Assembly (NCBI GenBank): GCA_016868785.1
Contig: VGFS01000003.1
Span: 9,716 to 73,715, forward strand
DNA from: Bacteroidota bacterium
GTDB taxonomy: Bacteria; Bacteroidota; Bacteroidia; NS11-12g; UBA955
Direction of reading: 5' to 3'
DNA: 64,000 nucleotides
A program made the translations under genes and the position numbers. Shown here piece by piece: positions 37,993 through 45,904 of the stretch (position 1 is the first letter of the stretch; each line of letters begins with the position of its first letter). Under the pieces are notes generated by a model that saw nothing but the letters and a program-made list of their open reading frames with translations, did no database searches and was not told the DNA's origin.

Positions 37993-38298
37993 ATGCTGCA
38001 TCCGCTGTTTCGCTTCCGCTATTATATCTTGTTCGGGTTTTTTGCCATTTGGATGGCATTTTTCGACATGAATAATTTGTTTTACCGATACAAAATCGCC
38101 AGAGAGATCGATGCGCTTGAAGAAAATATCGAAGAACACAAAAAAGCCATCGCCCAGTTGGCCCAACAAAAGCAATACCTGTTTGGCAATGATCGCAACT
38201 TGCAGCGCTATGCCCGTGAGAAATACCTCATGAAAAAAGACAATGAAGACGTTTTTGTGATTGTGGAAGAAGAAAAACCAGAGGACAAAGACGAATAG
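37993..38298 (+). CDS. Septum formation initiator (FtsB/DivIC-like) protein
   Basis: Single TM helix followed by a coiled coil (EIDALEENIEEHKKAIAQLAQQKQYL) and YAREKYLMKK. Confidence 0.75.
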   Translation: MLHPLFRFRYYILFGFFAIWMAFFDMNNLFYRYKIAREIDALEENIEEHKKAIAQLAQQKQYLFGNDRNLQRYAREKYLMKKDNEDVFVIVEEEKPEDKDE

Positions 38299-38346
38299 TG
38301 TTCATAAAAGTTTGAACAATGTGAATTTCTGTAGCTGAAGATACAA

Positions 38347-38354
38347 TAAGTTTG
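38347..38354 (+). promoter_or_regulatory. -7 box TAAGTTTG, 35 nt upstream of ATG 38390
   Basis: Exact TAnnTTTG match in intergenic DNA. Confidence 0.5.
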
Positions 38355-38389
38355 TAAATAAGGAAAACCATAAAAACTCCGAATAAATC

Positions 38390-39511
38390 ATGAATTTCAT
38401 AGCGCCATCCAGCGACCTCTTGCAGCACTTGTTAACCGTAAACGGTGCCATCATGTCGAAACCCATTATTCCCATTTTGGAGAACTTTCTGTTCGACATC
38501 AGCCACAATCAGTTGCGGATTTACAGTACTGACCTAGAAACCAGTATGACAACCAGCATGCAGGTGGAGTGCAAGGAAAACATGAAAGTGGCGGTACCCA
38601 GCAAAATGGTGATCGACATCCTGCGTTCTTTGCCCGATCAGCCGGTAACGTTCAACGTGGATACCCAAACGTTTGGGATTGAAGTGGTGAACAGCAATGG
38701 TCGTTACAAAATGGCCGGACAAGATGGGGTGGATTTCCCCGCTTTGCCAGAATCCAATGCCGATGGAAGTTTTACCATTCCAGCCAACGTGTTGTTGCGC
38801 TCAATCTCCAAAACCTTGTTTGCAGCCGGCTCCGATGAGTTGCGGTTGAACTTGACCGGTTTGTATTTAGAGATGAAAGGCAATTCAGTGAATTTTGTGG
38901 CCACCGATGCCAATAAATTGGTGCGCTTGACCCGCAAAGATGTGAATACAGGCGTGGAAGACAGCATCTTGATCCCCAAAAAGCCCTTGAATTTGTTGAA
39001 AACTGCGTTGCCGAACGACGAAACCCCTGTTGTGGTGGACTACAACCGTTCCAACGTATACTTCACCTTCGGAGAAACCCGTTTGATTTGTCGTTTGCTC
39101 GATGAAAAATATCCCGATTACGCTGCGGTTATTCCCCAAGAAAACCCCAACGTGATTACCATTTCTAGGATGGCCTTGTTGAGTTCTATCAATCGTATCA
39201 GCATTTTCGCTAGCAAAACTACGTATCAGGTGCGATTTAAAGTTACCGGCAACGAGTTAACCATCAGTGCGGAAGACATCGAAATGGCCAATGAAGCCCA
39301 AGAGCGTATTCCTTGTGAATTTGAAGGGAACGACATGGAAATTGGCTTCAATGCCAAATTCTTGAAGGAAATGTTGAGTACCCTCGATGGCGATCAGGTT
39401 CAATTGCGTTTGTCGGCCCCTAACCGTGCGGGTTTGGTGATCCCAAATGAAAACGAGCGCGATGAGGACATTACCATGCTCATCATGCCAATGATGCTCA
39501 ACAATTACTAA
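38390..39511 (+). CDS. dnaN: DNA polymerase III beta sliding clamp
   Basis: Length and three-domain pattern fit, with ...NRAGLVIP... and LIMPMMLN near the C-terminus. Confidence 0.95.
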   Translation: MNFIAPSSDLLQHLLTVNGAIMSKPIIPILENFLFDISHNQLRIYSTDLETSMTTSMQVECKENMKVAVPSKMVIDILRSLPDQPVTFNVDTQTFGIEVVNSNGRYKMAGQDGVDFPALPESNADGSFTIPANVLLRSISKTLFAAGSDELRLNLTGLYLEMKGNSVNFVATDANKLVRLTRKDVNTGVEDSILIPKKPLNLLKTALPNDETPVVVDYNRSNVYFTFGETRLICRLLDEKYPDYAAVIPQENPNVITISRMALLSSINRISIFASKTTYQVRFKVTGNELTISAEDIEMANEAQERIPCEFEGNDMEIGFNAKFLKEMLSTLDGDQVQLRLSAPNRAGLVIPNENERDEDITMLIMPMMLNNY

Positions 39512-39528
39512 GTCGGGCGCCCAACTGA

Positions 39529-40200
39529 TTATTGAGCGAACACCGCGCTGCCAACCCGAATCAGCGTTGATCCGTGTTCTATGGCAATCGGATAGTCAGA
39601 ACTCATACCAATCGATAGTTCGCAAAAGGCGTCGTCCTGCGCGAAATGCGATGCCTTTACTTTTTTGAATGTGTCGGACACCTGCTGGAATTCAGCATGA
39701 ATTTGCTGTTGACTGTCGGTGTTGCTGGCCATCGCCATGAGTCCTAACAAGCGCACATGATCCAAAGGTTCTTGTTTTGCTGATACCATAAAAGCGTCAA
39801 TTTCTAAGGGGTCGAGGCCAAATTTGGTTTCTTCCTGCGCAACGTGTAACTGGACAAGACATGGGATGACGCGCTGGTTTTTTGCAGCTTCTTTGTTGAT
39901 TTCTTGGAGCAGTTTGAGGCTATCTACCGCGTGAATCATAGAAATGAAGGGCGCTATGTATTTCACTTTGTTGGTTTGCAGATGTCCGATGAGGTGCCAT
40001 TCTATGTCGTTGGGCAGTGCTTCCACCCGCTCTAATAGTGCTTGGACGCGATTTTCGGCAAAGGCGCGATGTCCGCAATCGTAGGCCGCTTGTATCTCGA
40101 CAACTTCTCGATATTTGCTCACCACGATGAGTTTGCAATGTGGTGGCAGCTGCTGTTGAATGTGTGCGATGTTTTTTGCGATGGAAGTTAAATGGGTCAT
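39529..40200 (-). CDS. yggS: YggS-family pyridoxal-phosphate homeostasis protein
   Basis: KLIVVSKYREV (PLP Lys), HLIGHLQTNKVKY and LSIGMSSDY motifs. Start re-derived at ATG 40200 (MTHLTS...). Confidence 0.9.
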   Translation of the reverse strand: MTHLTSIAKNIAHIQQQLPPHCKLIVVSKYREVVEIQAAYDCGHRAFAENRVQALLERVEALPNDIEWHLIGHLQTNKVKYIAPFISMIHAVDSLKLLQEINKEAAKNQRVIPCLVQLHVAQEETKFGLDPLEIDAFMVSAKQEPLDHVRLLGLMAMASNTDSQQQIHAEFQQVSDTFKKVKASHFAQDDAFCELSIGMSSDYPIAIEHGSTLIRVGSAVFAQ

Positions 40201-40221
40201 GGGATTCTCGCGTGGGTGCAA

Positions 40222-40229
40222 CAAAATTA
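40222..40229 (-). promoter_or_regulatory. -7 box TAATTTTG (extended GGCGGTAATTTTG), 21 nt upstream of ATG 40200
   Basis: Exact TAnnTTTG match on the minus strand. Confidence 0.5.
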
Positions 40230-40244
40230 CCGCCGCGATTGTTG

Positions 40245-40252
40245 TAATTTTG
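40245..40252 (+). promoter_or_regulatory. -7 box TAATTTTG, 7 nt upstream of GTG 40260
   Basis: Exact TAnnTTTG match on the plus strand, 15 nt from the divergent box. Confidence 0.5.
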
Positions 40253-40259
40253 TAATTCT

Positions 40260-40613
40260 GTGAAAAATCAATCACGCTTTCAACGAATCATGCTGGGAAT
40301 GGTCATCATCAGTGCCTGGGTTTCTTGTGCGCCCAAAGCCCGCGTGGAAGAGAAAAAGATGGTTGATCTCATGTGTGATGTGATGTTGCTGGAGGCGGGC
40401 AACCAAATAAAATATAATTATGCCGCTTTGCCCGACTCGCTTTGGCAGTCTCATTACAATTTTGTCTGTGCCAAACACAAGGTTTCATACGCCGATTTCA
40501 AGGCAGAGTTGCTTCGGCTGAAGGCCGACCCCGAGGCGTTTACGGCACTCATGGAAAAAGTAATCACCCAGATGCAGGTGGCTGAACTGAACGCTAGAAA
40601 GGGCCGCAGGTGA
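40260..40613 (+). CDS. DUF4296 domain lipoprotein
   Basis: The GTG start gives (M)KNQSRFQRIMLGMVIISAWVSC, a lipoprotein signal. MVDLMCDVMLLEAG... matches my memory of DUF4296. The alternative ATG is at 40290. Confidence 0.7.
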   Translation: MKNQSRFQRIMLGMVIISAWVSCAPKARVEEKKMVDLMCDVMLLEAGNQIKYNYAALPDSLWQSHYNFVCAKHKVSYADFKAELLRLKADPEAFTALMEKVITQMQVAELNARKGRR

Positions 40614-43108
40614 AATACCCATCCGATTTTGAGCGCATAGTTGGGTTCGATGGCATTCGTTCGTCCATTGCCGAGCGCTGTAAATACCCCTCAACCCAAA
40701 ATTTGGTTGCCAAATGGGAAATGCAAACAACCTATGAGGCGGTGATGCTGCAATTGGATTTTTTGGATCAGATTCACCAGCTCAACGAATTTTCGCCCAG
40801 TGTTTTGCAATTTCAAGGCGAGGATATCCATGCGTATTTGCCTCATTTGGGCATCGAGAATTTTTATTTGGAAGAAGAGGCCCTCGCGGCCATTTTGGCA
40901 GCAACCCAAACCTATCAAAAGTTGGCGACCACCGTGCAGTTGCGCGCCGATTTTTGGGCTTTGTTGTCGGCCGAGCTGCCCAACGAAGACTATACCAAAA
41001 AAATCGCGGCGATTGTAGGTCGGGTTATCGATGAATTTAACCAAATATCGGTGCGTGCAACCCCGCAATATGCCAAACTTTCTCAAGAAATTCAGCGCTT
41101 AGAGGGTGAGGCAAGAAATGTGATGCGTGGCATTTTTCGCGACTGGAAATCGCAAGGATTTACCGCAGAAACCGATGTTACTGTCAGGGAAGAGCGTTTG
41201 GTGATTCCTGTTTTGGCCGAGTTTAAGCGTCGGGTTCAAGGATTTGTTAAAGACATATCGGCCACCGGAAAAGTATTGTACGTAGAGCCCACCCAAATGC
41301 TGGAGATGAACAACCGATTGAAGGAGTTGTTTGCAGAAAGGCGCAGGGAGCGTGAGCGTATTTTGCGTTTGGTAACGGCGGAATTGTCGCCCTATCAATT
41401 CGATTTGCAAGTCATGATGGATCGTTTGGTGCACATGGATTTTGCCTTGGCCAAATTTGATTGGTGTGCGAGGGAGGGTGCTGAGCGACCCAAGGTCAGC
41501 GAACGTCCGCAAATTACCTTGAGAAGGGGGATTCATCCCGTATTACGGAAAGAGTTAAAAACACAGAAAAAGGAAGCGATTCCACTTTCTTTGGAGCTCA
41601 ATGAGCAAAGGGTGATGGTGGTGAGCGGTCCAAATGCCGGCGGAAAGTCGGTGGTGCTAAAGACAGTTTTAATACTGCAGTACATGGTTCAGTGCGGCTT
41701 GTTTGTAACCGCCGATCCCGAAAGTAGGTTTGGCATCTTGGATTACCTGGGTATCGATTGTGGCGATGGTCAGGATATTCAACAGGGCTTGAGTACATTT
41801 TCGGCGCATTTGCAGCACCTGAAAAATTTGCTAGAGCATGCCTCCGACCGGTCGTTGATTGGTATGGATGAAATAGGTGCTGGAACGGATCCTCGCTTCG
41901 GAGCGCCTATCGCCCAGGCAGTGTTGGAACAATTGCTCTCGAAGGGGTCTTTCGTTATTGCTACCACACACTTCTCTCAGTTGCGTGAGTGGGGTATGGG
42001 ATATGGGGAAGTGGTGCAGGCCTCTATGGCTTACGATGCCCATGCGTTGAAGCCCTTGTATCATTTGGTTGTGGGGAAGCCGGGTTCTTCATTTGCGTTG
42101 GAATTGATGCGCAAAACAGGTTTCGATACCCATTGGATCGATCGGATTAAAACCTTGGCGGGCAAGCAGATGGGTAAAACGGAGGACTTGATGCTTTCCT
42201 TGGAGCGACAAAATCAGCAGTTGTTGCAGCAGGTGAAGGCCTATGAGGATAAGCTGAAGCATTTGGAGGAACTGACAGCCTCGTATCAATCGTTGAAAGA
42301 TAAATTGCAGTCGAAGCGACAAGAATATTTATCGGCAGCCAGAGACGAAGCAAAGAAGTTATTGGCCGATACCAACCAACAAATCGAAAACACCATTCGC
42401 GCCATTCGAGAACACGGGGCAGAGAAGGAAGCTACGTTGAAGGCGCGAAACAAGTTGGGTGCATACAAAACGGCCGTTGATACGGGTGCCGTTGTGGGAG
42501 GGGGTAAGCCAGAAGGGTTGAGGGGCTCGGTGGACTTTGAATCGGGCAGTGCCAAAACGGGAAAAAATACCGGAAAGAAGGGCGCAGAATCGTTGAAAGA
42601 AGCGCCAGGAAAAGCCCATTTGGCTGATGCTTTGCCAATCACGTCTATCAAGCAATTGGTGCCTGGTGTGTTGGTGAAAAGCTTGGCTACAGAGGCTCAG
42701 GGTGAGGTGTTGGATGTGAAAAAAGACAAGGTTTGGGTGGCTTTTGGGGTGGTGAAAATGTGGGTGCCTGTAACGGAACTGATGCTGAGTAAAACCAAAG
42801 TTGGCGGAAAATCGCAAAAAACAGGGGCCACAGGCGGATATCAATGGGTTGAGCGACAGTCGAACTACAAAACGAGTTTGGATGTACGCGGACAGCGGAT
42901 GGATGATGCTACACAAAAGGTGCTGCTTTGGCTGGAGGAGGGGTATTCTTTGGGACATGCGCAGCTGAAAATTGTGCACGGTAGGGGGGATGGTATTTTG
43001 CGCAAGGGGCTGAAATCGCTGTTGAAAACCGTGAATTTTGTGCGCAGTTATCACCACGAAACGGAGGCAGAAGGCGGTGATGGGGCTTTGATTGTGCAAT
43101 TATTGTAA
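40610..43108 (+). CDS. mutS2: Endonuclease MutS2 (MutS ATPase core plus C-terminal Smr domain)
   Basis: Walker A SGPNAGGKSV, DEIGAGTDP, and a C-terminal Smr (LDVRGQRMDDA...KIVHGRGDGILR). GTG start in a GTGA overlap. Confidence 0.9.
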   Translation: MKYPSDFERIVGFDGIRSSIAERCKYPSTQNLVAKWEMQTTYEAVMLQLDFLDQIHQLNEFSPSVLQFQGEDIHAYLPHLGIENFYLEEEALAAILAATQTYQKLATTVQLRADFWALLSAELPNEDYTKKIAAIVGRVIDEFNQISVRATPQYAKLSQEIQRLEGEARNVMRGIFRDWKSQGFTAETDVTVREERLVIPVLAEFKRRVQGFVKDISATGKVLYVEPTQMLEMNNRLKELFAERRRERERILRLVTAELSPYQFDLQVMMDRLVHMDFALAKFDWCAREGAERPKVSERPQITLRRGIHPVLRKELKTQKKEAIPLSLELNEQRVMVVSGPNAGGKSVVLKTVLILQYMVQCGLFVTADPESRFGILDYLGIDCGDGQDIQQGLSTFSAHLQHLKNLLEHASDRSLIGMDEIGAGTDPRFGAPIAQAVLEQLLSKGSFVIATTHFSQLREWGMGYGEVVQASMAYDAHALKPLYHLVVGKPGSSFALELMRKTGFDTHWIDRIKTLAGKQMGKTEDLMLSLERQNQQLLQQVKAYEDKLKHLEELTASYQSLKDKLQSKRQEYLSAARDEAKKLLADTNQQIENTIRAIREHGAEKEATLKARNKLGAYKTAVDTGAVVGGGKPEGLRGSVDFESGSAKTGKNTGKKGAESLKEAPGKAHLADALPITSIKQLVPGVLVKSLATEAQGEVLDVKKDKVWVAFGVVKMWVPVTELMLSKTKVGGKSQKTGATGGYQWVERQSNYKTSLDVRGQRMDDATQKVLLWLEEGYSLGHAQLKIVHGRGDGILRKGLKSLLKTVNFVRSYHHETEAEGGDGALIVQLL

Positions 43109-43122
43109 AACATTTTTGGGTT

Positions 43123-43139
43123 TTGGCAAATTCTGCCAA
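43123..43139. promoter_or_regulatory. 17-bp palindrome TTGGCAAATTCTGCCAA, candidate transcription-factor operator upstream of folD-queE
   Basis: Perfect 6-bp arms with a 5-nt centre, 28 nt upstream of the folD -7 box. It has a near-identical twin at 54129-54145. Confidence 0.45.
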
Positions 43140-43167
43140 GCGTGGGGTTAGTTACGCGGATACCTAG

Positions 43168-43175
43168 TATTTTTG
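43168..43175 (+). promoter_or_regulatory. -7 box TATTTTTG, 6 nt upstream of ATG 43182
   Basis: Exact TAnnTTTG match in intergenic DNA. Confidence 0.5.
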
Positions 43176-43181
43176 TAGTCT

Positions 43182-44066
43182 ATGGCATTAGTATTAGATG
43201 GTAGCATTGCTGCCGCATCCATTCGTTTGCAAATTGCGGAAGAGGTAAAGGCTTATGTAGCCAAAGGACATCGCGCTCCCGGATTGGTGGCTATTTTGGT
43301 GGGTGAGGACGGTGCAAGTCAAACCTATGTGGGTGCCAAGAAAACGGCTTGTGATGAAGTGGGCTTCGCTGGCGATGTTCGCAGATTCCCTGCAAGCATA
43401 ACCGAGGCTGAGTTGTTGCAAGAGATAGAAAAAATCAATCTCGATGAAACCATCGATGGCTTGATTGTTCAATTGCCGCTGCCTAAACATATTTCAGAAG
43501 AAAAAGTAAACCAGGCAATTTTGCCCGGAAAAGATGTAGACGGATTTCACGACATCAACATGGGGAAATTGGCCAAAGGAGATGAAGCGGGGGTAAAGCC
43601 AGCCACGCCCTATGGTATCACCTTGTTGATGAAGCACTATGGCATTGATGCCAGTGGAAAGCATGTTGTTGTGGTGGGTAGAAGTAACATTGTTGGACGC
43701 CCCATGAGTATGCTGCTTTCAGCGGCTGCTCCCTACGGAAATGCCACCGTAACTTTGTGTCACAGTCGCACGCAGGCGTTGCCTTCATTTACACGCCAAG
43801 CAGACATTTTGGTGGTGGGTTTGGGTAAACCAAGTTTTGTAACGGCGGATATGGTGAAGGAGGGTGCGGTGATCATTGATGTTGGAACCACACGCGTTGA
43901 CGATGCCTCTCGCAAGAGTGGATGGCGTTTGTGCGGTGATGTAGACTATGCGGCGGTTTTTGAGAAAGTAAGTGCCATAACGCCCGTGCCCAAAGGGGTA
44001 GGTCCGATGACCATTACCGGGTTGATGATGAATACATTGGAAGTGTACAAAGCGAAGTTTGCGTGA
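43182..44066 (+). CDS. folD: Bifunctional methylene-THF dehydrogenase / methenyl-THF cyclohydrolase FolD
   Basis: DGLIVQLPLPKHI, GRSNIVGRPM and PVPKGVGPMTI motifs. Confidence 0.95.
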   Translation: MALVLDGSIAAASIRLQIAEEVKAYVAKGHRAPGLVAILVGEDGASQTYVGAKKTACDEVGFAGDVRRFPASITEAELLQEIEKINLDETIDGLIVQLPLPKHISEEKVNQAILPGKDVDGFHDINMGKLAKGDEAGVKPATPYGITLLMKHYGIDASGKHVVVVGRSNIVGRPMSMLLSAAAPYGNATVTLCHSRTQALPSFTRQADILVVGLGKPSFVTADMVKEGAVIIDVGTTRVDDASRKSGWRLCGDVDYAAVFEKVSAITPVPKGVGPMTITGLMMNTLEVYKAKFA

Positions 44067-44662
44067 TGAAATATCCTGTGATGGAGCATTTTTACACCAT
44101 CCAGGGCGAGGGTGTTCATGCGGGCAAGCCAGCGTATTTTGTGCGATTGGCGGGCTGCGACGTGGGCTGTGTTTGGTGTGATGTAAAGGAGAGTTGGCCA
44201 ACCGAAGGGTATGCTACTCACTCACCGACTGAAATTTGTGGATGGGTGGAGCAAACGCCCGCACAGTTGGTGGTAATCACGGGCGGTGAGCCGGCGATGT
44301 ACGATTGTTCGAGTTTGGTGGATGCACTCAAAGAAAAAGGATACCGTGTGCACGTAGAAACCTCCGCAGCCTATCCGCTTCAAGGCGATTATGATTGGAT
44401 TTGCATTTCGCCGAAGAAATTCAAACAACCTGTGGACGCAGAAATGCAGCGAGCCCATGAACTCAAGGTGATTGTGTTCAATGATTCAGACTTTCAATGG
44501 GCAGAGCAATGGGCACAAACCGTAAATCCAGGTTGTGCATTGTTGTTGCAAGCGGAATGGGATAAGCGCGAAAAAGTCATGCCCAAAATGATTGAATACG
44601 TAAAATCAAATCCCCAATGGCGGATTTGCATTCAGACGCACAAGATCATCCAAGTGCCTTAA
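44066..44662 (+). CDS. queE: 7-carboxy-7-deazaguanine synthase QueE (radical SAM)
   Basis: FYTIQGEGVHAGKPAYFVRLAGCDVGCVWCD. ATG 44066 shares one nt with the folD stop (TGATG). The ORF track uses GTG 44063. Confidence 0.9.
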   Translation: MKYPVMEHFYTIQGEGVHAGKPAYFVRLAGCDVGCVWCDVKESWPTEGYATHSPTEICGWVEQTPAQLVVITGGEPAMYDCSSLVDALKEKGYRVHVETSAAYPLQGDYDWICISPKKFKQPVDAEMQRAHELKVIVFNDSDFQWAEQWAQTVNPGCALLLQAEWDKREKVMPKMIEYVKSNPQWRICIQTHKIIQVP

Positions 44663-44738
44663 TTTTACTTGAAAGGACACTCGTTCATCGGGTGAGTAAC
44701 TTGGTTTAAGACGGCTGGAAAGCCCCTTTCTTATGAAT

Positions 44739-44746
44739 TATTTTTG
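44739..44746 (+). promoter_or_regulatory. -7 box TATTTTTG, 5 nt upstream of ATG 44752
   Basis: Exact TAnnTTTG match. Its final G is the first base of the GTG 44746 used by the ORF track, which favours the ATG 44752 start. Confidence 0.5.
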
Positions 44747-44751
44747 TGACC

Positions 44752-45861
44752 ATGTGGTTTTGGGTGAAATCCTTGTTTTTATGTCTTGCCCTCATGGTGA
44801 TCGGTGGCGCTGCTGCGGGTGACCCACCCAAAAAACCCATTAAAGATCCTTATGATATGTCGCACTACGTGCGATTTAGCGACACCACGGAATTTCAGAT
44901 TGATAGCTTTTTTCGTCGGATGTACCGTTGGGGGAATTTCAATGGGACCTATTTGTTTCACAAAAACGACAGTATTTGTTATGGGGCCATGGGTTATGCC
45001 ACATTTTCACAATTGGATTCCCTAAAACCGGCCGATTTATTTCAATTGGCTTCTGTATCGAAGACCTTCACGGGGATGGCGATGATGATGCTGGTTCAAG
45101 ACGGGTATTTGAGATTGAGCGACAGTGTTCATTGGTATATTCCCGAGTTGAGTCGTCGCAATTTGGCCATACAAAACCTGATCAGTCACAGCAGCGGATT
45201 GCCAGATTATTTCTATTTCAACATGAAAGCTTGGGAAAATCCCAAGGATCACCTCACCAACGATGATGTTGTTCAATTGTTAAATGTTCAGCCATTGAAT
45301 CATTTCGCAAAGCCAGGAAAGTATGATTATTGCAACAGCAATTATGCGTTGTTGGCATTGATCGTGGAGCGACAGACGGGCATTGATTTTCGAGAATTTG
45401 TGAAGTTGCGAATCATGAATCCCAGCGGGATGAAATATTCGCATTTGGCCAATTTTGATTCGCTGGGATTGGTGAATTATACGGTTCAGGGGTACGACAA
45501 AAAACGGGTGTTTGCCGATAATGTTTTTAACGGAGCGATGGGGGATAAGGGGGTATATGCCAATGTTTTCGAAATGTTGGCGATGGATAGGATGTTACGC
45601 ACCGATTATTTGTTGCATCCGGATTCAAAGAATCAAATGTGGTCGCCCCAAACGGTTGTGAGTGCCGATGCGTATTATGCAAATGGGTGGCGAGTGAAAT
45701 GGATTAACGGACAAAAATGGGCGTTTCACAATGGTTGGTGGAAGGGTTTCAGGACTTATTATTGGCGCTGTTTGGATGAGGATAAGTGTTTTGTGGTGTT
45801 GACCAACAATGTGCAAGGACCATTTCTGCGCACCATTGATATGGTGGGGTTGTTGAAGTGA
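44752..45861 (+). CDS. Serine hydrolase of the beta-lactamase / PBP4* family
   Basis: SxxK motif ASVSKTFTGMAMMML, plus YCNSNY and a signal-like N-terminus MWFWVKSLFLCLALMVIGGAAAG. Confidence 0.85.
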   Translation: MWFWVKSLFLCLALMVIGGAAAGDPPKKPIKDPYDMSHYVRFSDTTEFQIDSFFRRMYRWGNFNGTYLFHKNDSICYGAMGYATFSQLDSLKPADLFQLASVSKTFTGMAMMMLVQDGYLRLSDSVHWYIPELSRRNLAIQNLISHSSGLPDYFYFNMKAWENPKDHLTNDDVVQLLNVQPLNHFAKPGKYDYCNSNYALLALIVERQTGIDFREFVKLRIMNPSGMKYSHLANFDSLGLVNYTVQGYDKKRVFADNVFNGAMGDKGVYANVFEMLAMDRMLRTDYLLHPDSKNQMWSPQTVVSADAYYANGWRVKWINGQKWAFHNGWWKGFRTYYWRCLDEDKCFVVLTNNVQGPFLRTIDMVGLLK

Positions 45862-45904
45862 GGGTTTCTACGTAATTTGCTACGCAACAAACTACAACTA
45901 TTGA

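Noticed and set aside
37792-38389. Possible oriC near dnaN. There is a perfect DnaA-box 9-mer TTATCCACA at 37792-37800 and a degenerate box (TTATCCAAC, minus strand) at 37955-37963.
   Set aside because: The perfect box lies inside the substrate-binding protein gene, and one such 9-mer is roughly what chance predicts in 64 kb on both strands. The two spacers flanking the ftsB-like gene are only 86 and 91 nt, with no box cluster or AT-rich unwinding element. dnaA is not adjacent.
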